From NCBI GenBank assembly GCA_000934665.2, contig KZ538272.1, forward strand, positions 1-64,000: a DNA stretch of 64,000 nt, written 5' to 3'. Positions 1 through 12,297 of the stretch are shown here, piece by piece; positions within the stretch are counted from its first letter, which is position 1; each line of letters starts with the position of its first letter. The notes below the pieces were generated by a model that was given only the letters and a program-made list of their open reading frames with translations, did not search any database and was not told where the DNA came from. This DNA comes from Catajapyx aquilonaris (lineage: Eukaryota). A program made the translations under genes and the position numbers.

Positions 1-229
1 GTGATGTCACTATCCATGATTTCTCTACATAATGGGGAAAACTCTAACAAGCCTAAAAGGTCCAAGGTTCTTGAGATAAGAGATGCGTCTTTAGCCTTCT
101 CTTCCCTGTTTGTCAACTTCCATATTTCTAAAGCGCCAGTTACTGTTTGTCTCAAATTTTTGAAAGTGCTCGAATGACCATATCATAGATGTTTATTTCA
201 AAAGACAGTTTTACTCTGTACCCTTTTAA
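1..229. mobile_element. Possible right end of a Kolobok-like (TTAA-target) non-autonomous DNA transposon
   Basis: The segment ends ...CTGTACCCTT followed by TTAA (226-229), resembling TTAA-AGGG-type Kolobok termini read on the minus strand. The other end would lie outside the window, so this is unverified. Confidence 0.3.
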
Positions 230-509
230 TAATATTATTACACCTTCCTGGTCAAATAATTCGAACAATATACTCGTTACCTTTTTGCAACTGTAAATAT
301 GATATTTCAGTTCATGTATCACTTCATGAAAAATAATTGTGTGCGGGTTAGTAACTTAATAACAATATGTCTTCTCCTGTATGTGCATATACCGTACGTA
401 TGGTTATTATTCTTTACTAAGCTGAACAATAAATAAATTTAGGTTGGTACTCTTTTTACTCAGAACGTTATCCCACCACTTGCTTTACCGATGGTATGAC
501 TTTCACAGG

Positions 510-715
510 TGAGGTTTGCGCGTAATAATTGTCCATCTAAGTGGATCCCATTTTTAAGCAGCTGATGTGGGGTGGGGGGTGACGTGTGAGCCTCTGTCGG
601 CGTCGGGAATCATTTACCTCCGACAGTCGTCACGCGGGCTTGTGGAACATCGATGGCCACGCAATATGCGCATATCACATTTAACTTTAGAGATGAGGTT
701 TGCGCGTAATAATTG
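510..715 (+). repeat. 22-bp exact direct repeat pair
   Basis: TGAGGTTTGCGCGTAATAATTG at 510-531 and 694-715. Confidence 0.85.
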
Positions 716-995
716 CGTAATTATTTCGCGTGAATGGCTAAGTTGGTACCCCTGACGTTCTAGGGTATTGCAGCTGGAAGTTGCAGCCAGAATCACTCCG
801 GTTGCCCAAAGGTTATGAAACTGTATATATTTTTACCTGTTTGGGTTTACTGTAAAAAAGAAGCACCTTTAGGTCCTGAGGCCTTGGACTGAAATGAATA
901 AGGGATGGGCGCAGAGTCACGGGGGCTCCCATCTCCCAAAGTTAAGTAAACAGGGTTTTATTCGGAAGGGACCCAGATTCGTAACTCTCGTTTTT

Positions 996-1041
996 TGTGT
1001 GTGTGTGTGTGTGTGTGTCTGTGTGGCGTATGTGTGTGTGT
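996..1041. repeat. (TG)n microsatellite, interrupted
   Basis: Direct reading of the sequence. Confidence 0.9.
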
Positions 1042-3010
1042 AACCCCCCCGACGGCTGCGGGGATCTAATGGGAGCGGTTTAATTAAAGTGGGACGCATT
1101 GATTTGGATGGAAACGCTTGAAAAGAGGGAACGTTGTCAAACGGACACACCGCAATAAAATAAACAGCCCGGAGAGCCAACCCCGAATAATATTTCCGGA
1201 ATTCATTCAGGCTTACACGGCCATCCGATTATATTAAAATTTTCTGGTACAGAGGTTATACCTAGGGCAGAAACACCATTGGAACAAGAACCACCCCCCA
1301 AACTCTCCCCCCCAGCTGCTGGAATGTGGGTAGTAATCGGACCTCTCTGAATTGCAAATAGTGGGAGAGAGATCCATCACTGAGCAAAAGGCCCATCCAT
1401 CCATCTCCTGGCAAAATGCCTTTCAAATACATTCCACATAAACGGGCGTAAGACGTTTCCTAGCCGATTATGACGTTTTAATGGCGCACGTCAGATGGCT
1501 TATCTCTACTAATAAGGAGCGGGATATGAACAACTTGAGGCTCGATACACTAAGGCTCCAAAGTGGGTGTAATTTACGACTACTGACGTTTAGTTAAACC
1601 AAATTTTTTTGCTATATTAAATACTTCTCGATAAAGGTCAATAGAGGTTGGCTCTTAACCAAACAATCAGACATTATGGATACAGTCCTTGTTTGTTAAC
1701 CTTGGTGAGCCATATGGTTTTTCTTCAATTATGTAACAAGCACTGTGAATGTTCGCAATTTGATTAAAAGGCCTCTTGAATGGCCTTGCATGCCTCTGAG
1801 CAACTGTAAACCTCCCAACTGCTGCCGAGTATACACAATGGACCCTACGATTATTTAACTCTGTTTGTAAAGTCATAGAAGCGTAACAATAGCATTGTTT
1901 TAATCTGCAATGAAGCAATGCAGCTCGTTGCAGACTGTAAACTAGTGGAGCTTGCATAGTGCATGAAGGCTTTCTACTAAGGTAAAAGCGGATAGCCAAA
2001 AAGTGCACAACGCCATAAATCCATGACTGAGGGTGTCGGAGGGCCGTAAAATGGCTCCGGGAGTATAATGACAGTGAAATATTCACCATAGTGGAAAATT
2101 TTCCCTCGGCTCGCCCCATGTATCGGACGAGATTGAAGGTTTTTTTTTCCAATGACGGGCTGAGTTATTGGCTATTGATCTCGTCGCACCCGTAAAACTA
2201 TTTGCCAATGCATGGGCCTCATAACAGAAGGATCAGTGCAGCACCGCTCGGAATTCCAAAATCGTGCTGTGGATGGAAAGGTGGGAGGATCGGAGGGTGG
2301 GCTGTACTAAAAGCAGTCTCATCCGTCCAAGAAATGTCTTGCGCAGAAATCGAGGGGTGACATCTGCCCGAAGATATTGATGGCCTCTGACAAAATGCTT
2401 GGAGTGATAAATATCATGGACTAACCGAATAAGCAGCTTTTTAGACCTCCATCTCAGGGTTAACAAATGCACCAACCACTTTTTCTCTTTTACAATAATT
2501 TTGCTGAAAAATTATGTTCAGATAGAGACATAACCGCCTTTTTGCGGAAATCAGTGCAAATTCAGGCTTCTTAATGTATATAAATCCGGGTAGGTTTTGT
2601 TTCTCCCCGAGTCCAAAGGGCTTTTCTCTCTCTCTCTCTCTCTCCCTGCATTCGGAATCATACCTCTGAAATTTGGATTGCGACTCAAACCAAAGCGGAA
2701 GGGAAAAGCAACTTCCTGACTTAATAATGCACGCATTTTCGGCTCAGAACTTACGCGATGTAACTCGGGCGCCGGGGTTGTGCTCTTCTTGTGCAGTAAT
2801 CAAGTTTATATACCATGCATAACTTTAGCTCCCCGCCAGCAAAAGTTTACAAGAGTATGACTGGCGTACCTGAGGTGAATCGCACAAAATTTGAGTTTAT
2901 CCGAATTTAACCTGTTTAATTGTTGTTAGACTACTTGTTAATAATAGTTAAGCAAATATATGTATTTTTAAATATATTGTTGTATGGCTGCTTTCAAAGA
3001 CGCTATCCTG

Positions 3011-3162
3011 TGAGGTTAGGTCAGGTCAGGTTGTTAGAAGTCCTAACCGAACCGGCCTAACCTCATATTTCGAGTCCTATTAACCCTTAGCTAGGTTAGG
3101 TTAGGTCAGGTGTGTTAAAAGTCCTAACCTAACCTAGTTAAGGACTGATTGGACTAGATATG
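3011..3162. repeat. Two adjacent hairpins built from TTAGG/CCTAA units
   Basis: TGAGGTTAGGTCAGGTCAGG...CCTAACCGAACCGGCCTAACCTCA (3011-3065) and CCTTAGCTAGGTTAGGTTAGG...CCTAACCTAACCTAGTTAAGG (3085-3143), with similar loops (TGTTAGAAGT and TGTTAAAAGT). Confidence 0.8.
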
Positions 3163-6100
3163 TAAATGTAAATGAGTTTCAACTTAACCGTAATCTTCAA
3201 ATAAACCCAGAATATGATTGCACTTGTCCAAGTCGTTTTATGTATATATATTTTTCTCATCCTGGATGAAGGTCCATTGCAGTCTGATCAACACCAGTTG
3301 TAGCCGGTAGGGCTTTTGCTTCAATTGAGTCTGGGGGGTATCCCACCAATGGGCATCCCGCAGAATCCGGGAGCCTGATAAAGCAAGTCCGGCCGAGTCC
3401 AAGCTCAAACGTATTTAGATAGGGCTTTTACCCCCCTTCCTCCCAACCCCCCCACCAACCCCCTCCAAAATAGTGCTTTTATAGTCCCGGAGGCATTGCG
3501 GCAGTGCTCAAGTTCTAGGGCAGATATGGTCTTTAGTTACGGTACCTTTCATGTCCTTAATGGAGAAGCATCATTATTGCGCTTCTATAATGATAAAACC
3601 GCTCTGATCATGATGCACAGGAAAAATAATGATGTGCAAAAAAAAACGTAATCCACACCATATTATTGGCTAACCAGAAAAACCTCCGAATTGGCCTTGA
3701 CCTGTTGCACACTCTCTTTCAGGAAACCCAAAATTAACACCGGATTTTAATTAATAGTAAGGAATTCGGCAGCCATTTGCGGTTTAGGATTTCCCGACAT
3801 CTCCAATATAATTACACCTCCACGTTACATTATTGAGGCTATTCCTGATCCGGACTTAATAAGGTTTTCTAATAACACTAGGAAGGGAAATAAATCCGAA
3901 CAAGATTCGATTTCAGACTTTCGAAACCCGGATCTTGTGACCTGTTTTTCATTAAAACTCCCACCGGATAAAATCCAGCGCGTAACGCAATTAAATCATC
4001 GGATTCTTCACTTGAACCCCCCCCCCCCCTGTACCCAACCCCTTTTTTCGGGGCAGCAAAATGGGGGGATGTGCTCGGATCTCTTTGTTTTGTGCCCCGG
4101 AGATTCACCCGGATTTGAGTTTCTGGCCGATTCCCAACCCTTGCCATTTCCTGCCGTTTCCAACTGGAATTAATCTTGGCAGCAGTGATAAAGGTCCGGG
4201 GGTTGGGGGGTGGTGGGAGGTTCGGGGGGGTGGAGATCCATCACCATCCAGATTAATGAATTATGCACGCCAATTGGGGAGACGGGAGGACCCCAATGAG
4301 AGAAGCTTTATCCGGATTTCGACTCCAAAGCAAAGCCAGCAGAAAAGCTCATTTTCTAAGCAAAGGCCAGGGTGTCAAAAAATGGGTCGAAAATTGACTG
4401 AAAAGGAGTCAATTCCGGGTTTCCAAAAACTTGAACAAAAAACAGCCCCCTCCCCCCACTAAAATTAATACGGAGCCAGTTCCAGCCGGCCAAAAGTTTT
4501 CGCCCGGAATTGAAAATACGGAACCCCCCTTCCTCTGCCCCTGAGAGGTACAGTGAAAAGTTCGACCACCCATCCACCCCCACTTTTTCTATACATGAGG
4601 GGAAAGGGCTTTTGCAAAGTCCAGGGGCCTATAGGCAAAACGTGCCCCAACTGCCGCTCTGGAACTTGTTTAATACATTTATGGGTAAGCTCGAAAGAAG
4701 CTTCGGTTTTACCTAGTAGGTCCAGTACCCAGTTAGATACGTTATCTATTCAGTGTGTATTATGTAGGCGCGCACTTAAAGGGGAAAGGCTGCTATTAGA
4801 AGTGTAAATTGGGAGAAGACACAATATTAATCGCAATTTAATTAAATTTTTTTAAAGGCAAGGACTCATGTTTTTTCTGATAGTGGTCGACACAGCCTCG
4901 TATATGGAGAATATAAATAGTTGAGCCTAAGCTTGAAGAGGTTTCAATCACATAGTGAAACTGTAACGAGAGACGTGATTTCCTGCGAATGGTGGGGGGT
5001 ATAACATAATGTCAATTAAAAATTGACATTCTCTTCGCTCGGTGAGAGTAGGTCTCAAAACCGTTTGGGTTTTGTTAAAGGTGAAGTAGCGGTGTAGTTT
5101 AATGAGCAAACTCTGATGGCTGGGTGTCAGAATCAGTGGATGTGAGCTGGGTCTCTAATGAGTGAATTTTCTTACATACTTGGAGCAGTGTTAGGAATGA
5201 AATGAGCTGAGTTTGACAACAGTTGAAGTAAGCAGCTGAGTGCCAAAAATTGCTAATCACTTCAAGCTGTACTGAGAAACCAAAATGTACGTTACAGCAG
5301 CGTCACTATTTTTCTCCGAATAACACGGCTTCAATATTTTATTATGAGTAGTACTTACGAGAGCACCAACCTAATTTTACAGTTGAAATTAGATTGATTA
5401 CAATGTATTACGTGCATTTCATCAGGGAAAACATGACGGATGCGACAGGGTTTCTGCAGAATAATATTTCCCGGCTTAAAATTGCGCTTTCCAATTATTT
5501 TAGCGTGCGATGCACGCGCAAGTAGAGCGGCGTGAGTAACTTTGCGTATATTGATTAAACGGATGGACCAACATGTTGCGGCCTGCTCTCATAATTATTT
5601 GAACTTGTACATACAAAACGGCGCATACAATATTGTCGCTTGTATATGAACTTCCAGTTAATCAAACACTGCGAGAGAGAAATTATGTATGCCTATTTGG
5701 CGTCACAATATTGGTGGGGGGGGGGGGGGTGGAGGGGGGAGGCGAAGGGGTAACCTAATCTGCTTTACAAGTTTTCCGAAAATCGATCCCGCATTGTTGA
5801 ATATCTTTCACGCAATTTAGGGAAATGCAGAATTTTACGGCAAGGCAGGTTTTTTTAATTGGGACGGGAAAAAACGTCGCAATCAATAATTAGCTAAAGC
5901 ACGGTCGTCTTGAATTTAAATTGGGAGGCAGGATACATCAATTATTTTTTTGGGTTAATTACTAAAATGACATGTGAAGACCTTTCAAAGTTTGTATCCC
6001 ATCAAAATAAGTTAAGATGACAGCCAAAAATGTAGCACTTATTGCAGCAGCGCATTCTAATGGCATTGAATGGAATTGTGAAAGGTGTCCGGAATAAACC

Positions 6101-9100
6101 TGTGCCCATCCTGTTTCATATCAGACCAAATTCGCGGCTATAAAAATTAGGTCCTGTTGTGACACATGAGGAAAGAAATGTAACAATCGCCCGGGGGCGG
6201 AAACGCCTTAAAGGAAAGATCTAACAGACACTCTGTTTCATTTGGTGCGAGACAAGTCGAGAAGCTCTGCCACTCACAATCAAAGGCGGCTTCTTCAAGG
6301 GGTAGAGGGAAGAGAGGGAGAGAGGAAAGTCCTTTTTCATACATTTCCTAACTACTCAAAAGGAATCGCACGCATTAGAAAGCTTGTGCACAGCTTTTCG
6401 AGACCACACAGCGAATAGAAATGGCAGTTTGAGCGTGAGTGGATTGGAAACTGGAAGTTCAATTGGAAGGATGGCTTCCGCAATATATTTTATTTTTATT
6501 TCATGCCGGCTTTCCCCCACCCACCACCCATGCTCCCAAGTTTATGGAGCCAGTCAGCGTATACACTGTATAAGTAGCATCCTGAAGTTACGATTATTTC
6601 GAGCCCCTGCTATATATAGAGGAGACGCGTTTCATTTTCCAAAATGAAACTTGAATACAACTGGCGCACAATAATGCACCGTTTCGGAATTATTGTGAGT
6701 CGTAACTTTGGGTTAGGTCCACTGTGTCCGTGTCCTATTAGTGCGGGTTATTAAGTCCGATATGTGTTATAGGCTTAATATAATCTCATTACCTGCGTTA
6801 ACACGATAAGGGTGTTATGTAGACTTATCGACCTGCTCGTCTAAACCTCAGCCTGATGGACTTACCCAAAATATTTGAACACTAATTTTATTACGAATGG
6901 CAAGTCCATAGCTATTGATATTGACACACAGTGGAAGTAATTATTGCGAACAGAAAATGTGATGTAAATCCAACTTTGACAATGTGGTCTCCTGTATTTT
7001 GCGAAATACAAATAAGCTGAAAATATTCTCCTCATGCCAGCATTTCCAGCTCGTTTGATATTCGACTCAAATTCATCCCATCAGCTCCAGACGTGTTGCC
7101 CTATTTTTTTTCTCCCCCATCACATTTTTTTGGCTTCTCTTCAACCGACTCCTCTCAAGTCCTTCGTCAGTACAAGAACTATTGCACTTCACTGCATTCG
7201 GGTCCTTTCATAGACACAAGAGAGAAAGTGCGGCTGCAGAAACCTTTGCGACTGGAAGCCCTGCAGATGTCAAAAAGTATTTACTTTTTAGACCATCGCC
7301 AAAAAAGTCCAGAACTAGAGGCCACGTTTTTTTCTAGAGCAAAAAAAAAACAGTACAAAGGACTCGTCTCTCGCAACTTGTAGTACGTAATAAAGGAGAG
7401 CAGACGCTCTTTCAGGTGGAAGGACACTGGGCGGCAACCAGTTTATTGCGAAATTGGAGTCTGCAAAAGGTGTTATTTAGCTTTTCCTTTGTTCTTTTTT
7501 GGAAGAATGCCTCTAAGTAAGTAGGGGGGCGTCCAGCTGCGCGTAAAATAAGTTTCCAATATTCGCGCTAATGAGCAACTTGATCCGACGTGAGCTGCGG
7601 TGCTATATTATATAGGAGAACACTAACTCTTTTCATGGCCCGCATTAATGTCGTGGCATTCACTGCCTCCAACGTCCCAGGCATAATTTTCAGGTTGCTG
7701 GACGTACGCTTCGTGCCTTCTGCTACATGCAACATAAAATTACTTTGTTTCTATTGTTCCGGGTGGGGGTCCGGAAACAAAAGCCGGGATCTCACTGGCC
7801 TCTCTCTGTGTGTAGTATATAGCAGGTAGGTAGAATCACGTCCGTAACACTCACACGGGAGGAAATATTTCCCCGGAGGGGGCAGGCTGGGGCAGGCTAC
7901 CTCACACGATCACCTGGGAAAAAGCAATTTGTTTATTTCAGCGCAAAAATGCTCGACATTGAGTAATATAATCGATCTTTAAATTGCGCGGACTATTTTC
8001 GTCGCCTGCAGGTGTTTCAAAAGGAAATTGTGCTCATTTAGATGTTTTATACTAAATAAGCGTAAAGAAGGCTATCATCTCAATAAGTTTAAGATAATAA
8101 TCAGAATTTCTTGAAGCAGAATTTGTCACCTCCAACTATACTCGAAGGGTAATGCAGTTATACTTCAACATGCAGTCATGTAATCAAAATATCTGAGCAG
8201 TGTTTCTGCATACTGTCCTATACAAGACGCAATCTTGAAATGCTCGATTTAGTTCCATATTTTTCTGTAATTCTGTATCGATAGAAACAAGCATTGTGAA
8301 TAAATCAGGGAAGCGAATAGTAGAAAGAATGAAAAGAAAAATGTCATTTTTACTCTTTAGTATGGCAATAAAATTATGAAAAAGGCCACGCTTCAACGGC
8401 TATAGTATAAGGGGAGGTAAAAAAAAAAGTCTATAAGCGAAAATGCGAGACGCAGCCTCTGTTCATGACATCCAAAATTCTATCTCATGCGGAAATGCAA
8501 AGGGAATGGTAATCATTTTCACGTTTGTTGCACGAATAACATCATAGGTAGATCCTTCTGCATGAAACGTTGACTGATAGGGGTGGGTCCGCTCTTTACT
8601 CAAAAATATTGTTTGCATTCACCTCGCTTTGAACTAGCATCCATTTGTAGGCAATCCACACAGTAATATATTTTTCCCTGTAAGAAGGAAAAATCAATTA
8701 CAGCATACAAATTGGCGCAATTATTACCAAATCTACACAGATCAACGAGAGAGCATCTATTTTAAAACGAAGTAACAATTAAAGGTACTACCGTAGTGAA
8801 TGCTTCCAACAATATTGTAACTATCAAAACATAATTATTCATAAAATATGCATTTTACACCTAAATATTGTAGATACTAACACTGCTTAATTTCCCCGCC
8901 GTGTATTTTGAAGGAAGAGTTCATTATCTTCACTGTTACCTTGCTAAAGTGTGATAGCAGTTTTCTTGAGGGTATAATGACTTCTTTCCCCTTACCTGAA
9001 GAATGGCTCATGAAATACTGTACGTCGCTGCAACTTAGGCTGACAAATGTCCACGAGCCCTGAACCTGTTGAGCATTTTCGCAATAAAGTATGACTGGTG

Positions 9101-10719
9101 GAGCATGCTAGAACAAAGTGTGATTGCCCTGGCACTGTGACATCCGAGCAAGTACTTGCGCTACAAGACTTCTGGAGCCTACAAAATCCGGAGAGAGTCA
9201 GCCATTAAGAAATGAGCAAAGACTCCTTCAGAAATTTTGCACCACGTTTAATGACACCGAATCCAAGAAACGTCCGTCCTTAATTACGGGAGATCATCAG
9301 TTAAGATTGGCAGCCCTAATCAAGGAATTGTCACCCACCAATGATGCGGAATAGGTGGAACCCTCCAAGAAAGACGAATTGGAAACGGTTCCGACCTAAA
9401 ACTACCATCTGCACCCACCACCAACCAGCAGTTCTTGCCGCTCATCAGATCGGAACAAGTGAATCTGCCTCCATCGCTCAACGTCATTTCTTTTTCCTCC
9501 TTTATTTTTTTTGTGTGAGTGTTCCAGTAGGAGTCTGGTCGTTATAGGTAAGGCTTATGGAAGGGGGGGGGGGGTGAGTTTTCTGTGGAGACGGAATGGT
9601 CCTTTGTGCAGAAAAGTTCTGGTAGGACCTTGAAAAACCCCTCCTGTCTGAAGCCTTCCTGATAGATGGCGCCGGAAATGTGCGGGTCTGAATCCAGTCC
9701 GTGGGAGGAAAGTGCACATATTCCACGCTTTTCTCGATGAGCTTTTTTTTACGTCTTTTTCCAGGAGACCTCGAACTGGCGGTAGTGTTACAAGAAGGGG
9801 GAAAAGGTGATATATGGCTGGAAACCGAGAAGGAAAGATGCGCATATATCTCTCTAGCCAGCAGCTACAGAAAACTTTTTGAGCCTGAAATATTTTAGGT
9901 GAGGTCAGGAAACCGCGGGAGTTTTTTCCCCCGACTAGAAATCCTCCTGATTTTTTTTTTTTTTGACGCCGGTTTATTAATACAATGCATTGCGTCTGAA
10001 ATGTGCCGTCAGTTTGATACGACCCGGGGGCTGTCGCTTCTGTCCGCTGCCGGTGGTTCATGTGTTTGGGAGGTTATATTATCAGCAGCATGGACGGTGA
10101 CGCTTTTGAGCTACAGCTTGTCAAACCCTCCCCACCTGCTATCTCATTCAGGCATTTTGAAAATTTAATCGCATCCTAACGCGTTTTATTACGAGGGCTT
10201 CTCACTCACACGGGATTATTATTTTTGTCTCACTCGACAATCCCACACATGCAGTTTTAATGGGCACGTCCGGGGCATGCTAACCCACAGATTTCTGACT
10301 TTTAGCGTTCATTCTAACAGTCAGTGATAACTCTAGTGTAATTATACGCATTTAGGGCGAGTTGTACAGTTATGCGGAGTCTGACATTCAATTAGCGGTG
10401 TTTTAAGCCGCTTATTTAATGCAGTTAATTTTAAACAGTGACATGAGACGTGAAGGAAGTTTTGCACAGGTTAATAATAAAAAATATTCACCCAGATAAA
10501 TATAATGCTGTCCCCAACTTACGTAACATCCATTTCCCGTACGCACAAAACTCGCTAAATTTACGGAACAAACTGTAACAATAACAATATTCCGAAACCA
10601 TAACACTTGTGTAAAGTGCGGTCACCCTAAACCACACAGATACACCAACACAAATGGTGTCGGTGCAAGTGTTGTCGTTTCAGAATATCGCATAGTCTAC
10701 GGTTTACACAAAACCAGCA

Positions 10720-10778
10720 TCACCTGGCGCCCACACTTGACAAATAACCTGGATAATGGGCTAGTACGCACATGTAAT
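10720..10778 (+). repeat. ~60-bp direct repeat, copy 1
   Basis: TCACCTGGCGCCCACACTTGACAAATAACCTGGATAATGGGCTAGTACGCACATGTAAT; identical to 12237-12297 except that copy 2 has one extra CA. Confidence 0.95.
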
Positions 10779-10929
10779 AAAACACTATGAAAACCCTCGT
10801 TTCGCTCACAGGCTGCGGGGGTGGGGAGAGAGCGATGTAGACCGTCCGGCCGACAGCGAACGAATGGATGGTTCCTCCTCCCACCCACCAGAGGCGCTGC
10901 CTCCACCCCCATTGCGTCTGCGCAGAACG

Positions 10930-11570
10930 GGGCCAATCGGAAGCGTCGCGGTAACACTATACAGTGGACCAATCAGAAGACACAACCATACAAAATGAAT
11001 AAGATTTTAATACTGTATTATAGACACCTCCGAGTTACAAAAAAAAACCAACTTGACTTACGTATAAATTTGCTGCCGTTTCTGTAAGTCTGGAACTGCC
11101 TGTACTTACCTGCGTAAAACAGTTTATTTGCCTGTTAAAATATTGATACGTCTTAATATTTTCACGCAATCAGGAAAACTTCGTCTGGGAACATGACTAT
11201 ACTCTATACATATTTGTCAAACGCCGTATTGAAATTTGACACATATTTCACCTGACCGACATCTGAACCCGCATGACTTCCCAGTATTGCAATCATACGA
11301 GCGCAATTGAAGAAGTATGCGGCACATTTTGTGAATTGGTAATGTGTAGGTGGGTGTGTGTGTGTGGGAGGGGAGAGAGAGAGAGAGGGCCAGCCAGAGA
11401 GCCACGTGATGACGCGTATTCAGCACGTAGTAGAGAAGCGCGCGTACATATCGTAGGCTTGTGGCACATCAGACCGTGAGAATACCCCCCCCCTCGCGCA
11501 TGTCCGATACTACTACAGAGCTAGGGGTATATCCGAGAATGGGCTTGGCGGGCAGTTGCTCTCTGGAGCG
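10930..11570 (+). promoter_or_regulatory. Candidate promoter region of the Dscam gene
   Basis: Two CCAAT boxes (GGCCAATCGG, core at 10933; GACCAATCAG, core at 10969), an ETS-like CGGAAG at 10938, GT and GA repeats around 11355-11390 (GAGA-type), an E-box CACGTG at 11403, and locally high CpG density just upstream of the candidate first exon. Confidence 0.5.
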
Positions 11571-11730
11571 CAGTCTTCGTCCGGGCTCCATCTGTCGCAT
11601 CGCATCCTCTCTCTCTCTCTCTCTCTCCATCCATCCGATCTCTCTCTCATAGTTCAGGAGTGGCACCATTCAACTGTGACTTCTCACCACGTTTTCCTGG
11701 GATGTCGAGGCAGTAGGACAACCTCGCGGG
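11552..11730 (+). other. Dscam: Probable non-coding first (5' UTR) exon of the Dscam gene; start is approximate
   Basis: CpG-rich island with Inr-like GCAGTT (11552) and GCAGTC (11570), a CT repeat in the leader, and donor CGCGGG|gtgagt at 11731. Spliced to 19639, it places an in-frame TGA (11677-11679) upstream of the ATG at 19648. Inferred only; no transcript evidence. Confidence 0.55.
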
Positions 11731-12236
11731 GTGAGTCACTTTTCATCACTTTTGATAGTTCGTGTGGTCTGCAACCGGAGATTAACTTTGTACCTGATAA
11801 AAGCTGCGTGTGTAAACATATAGTCTTATCTGTAAGTGTTGCATAAAAGTGCGGTCATCTTTGCATTATACGCCGGTGCAGTAAATTCAATGTTGTCAAC
11901 CTCTGCGGCCGACCAAAATTGTAAGTGGTCCTGTTTTCATGTGCCATGTGTCCATCTTGCTCAGAATTTGTGTTCTCATATGATTGTGTCAACAGTTGCA
12001 AAAGTTGTCAACTGCGGGGGGAAAATTATTCAGTACTTACATATACTTTTCATCCGCCTTATGGGTTTAATTCGCTCATTAAAAATGTGCGCCAGAAAAT
12101 TCTTGCCGAAACAAAGCCATTAAGAAGCTTACACTCCTACAATGTACGAAATATTAAGCTTACATTATAACAAACAAGGCATGTTACAACTCACATTATT
12201 CTCCAACCTGATTAAGGGAAAGCCAGTCTTAAAACT

Positions 12237-12297
12237 TCACCTGGCGCCCACACACTTGACAAATAACCTGGATAATGGGCTAGTACGCACATGTAAT
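12237..12297 (+). repeat. ~60-bp direct repeat, copy 2
   Basis: TCACCTGGCGCCCACACACTTGACAAATAACCTGGATAATGGGCTAGTACGCACATGTAAT; matches 10720-10778. Confidence 0.95.

Noticed and set aside
6707..6870. Short terminal inverted match TTTGGGTTAGGTCCA / TGGACTTACCCAAA
   Set aside because: Only about 14 bp, imperfect, with no clear TSD; cannot be separated from chance.
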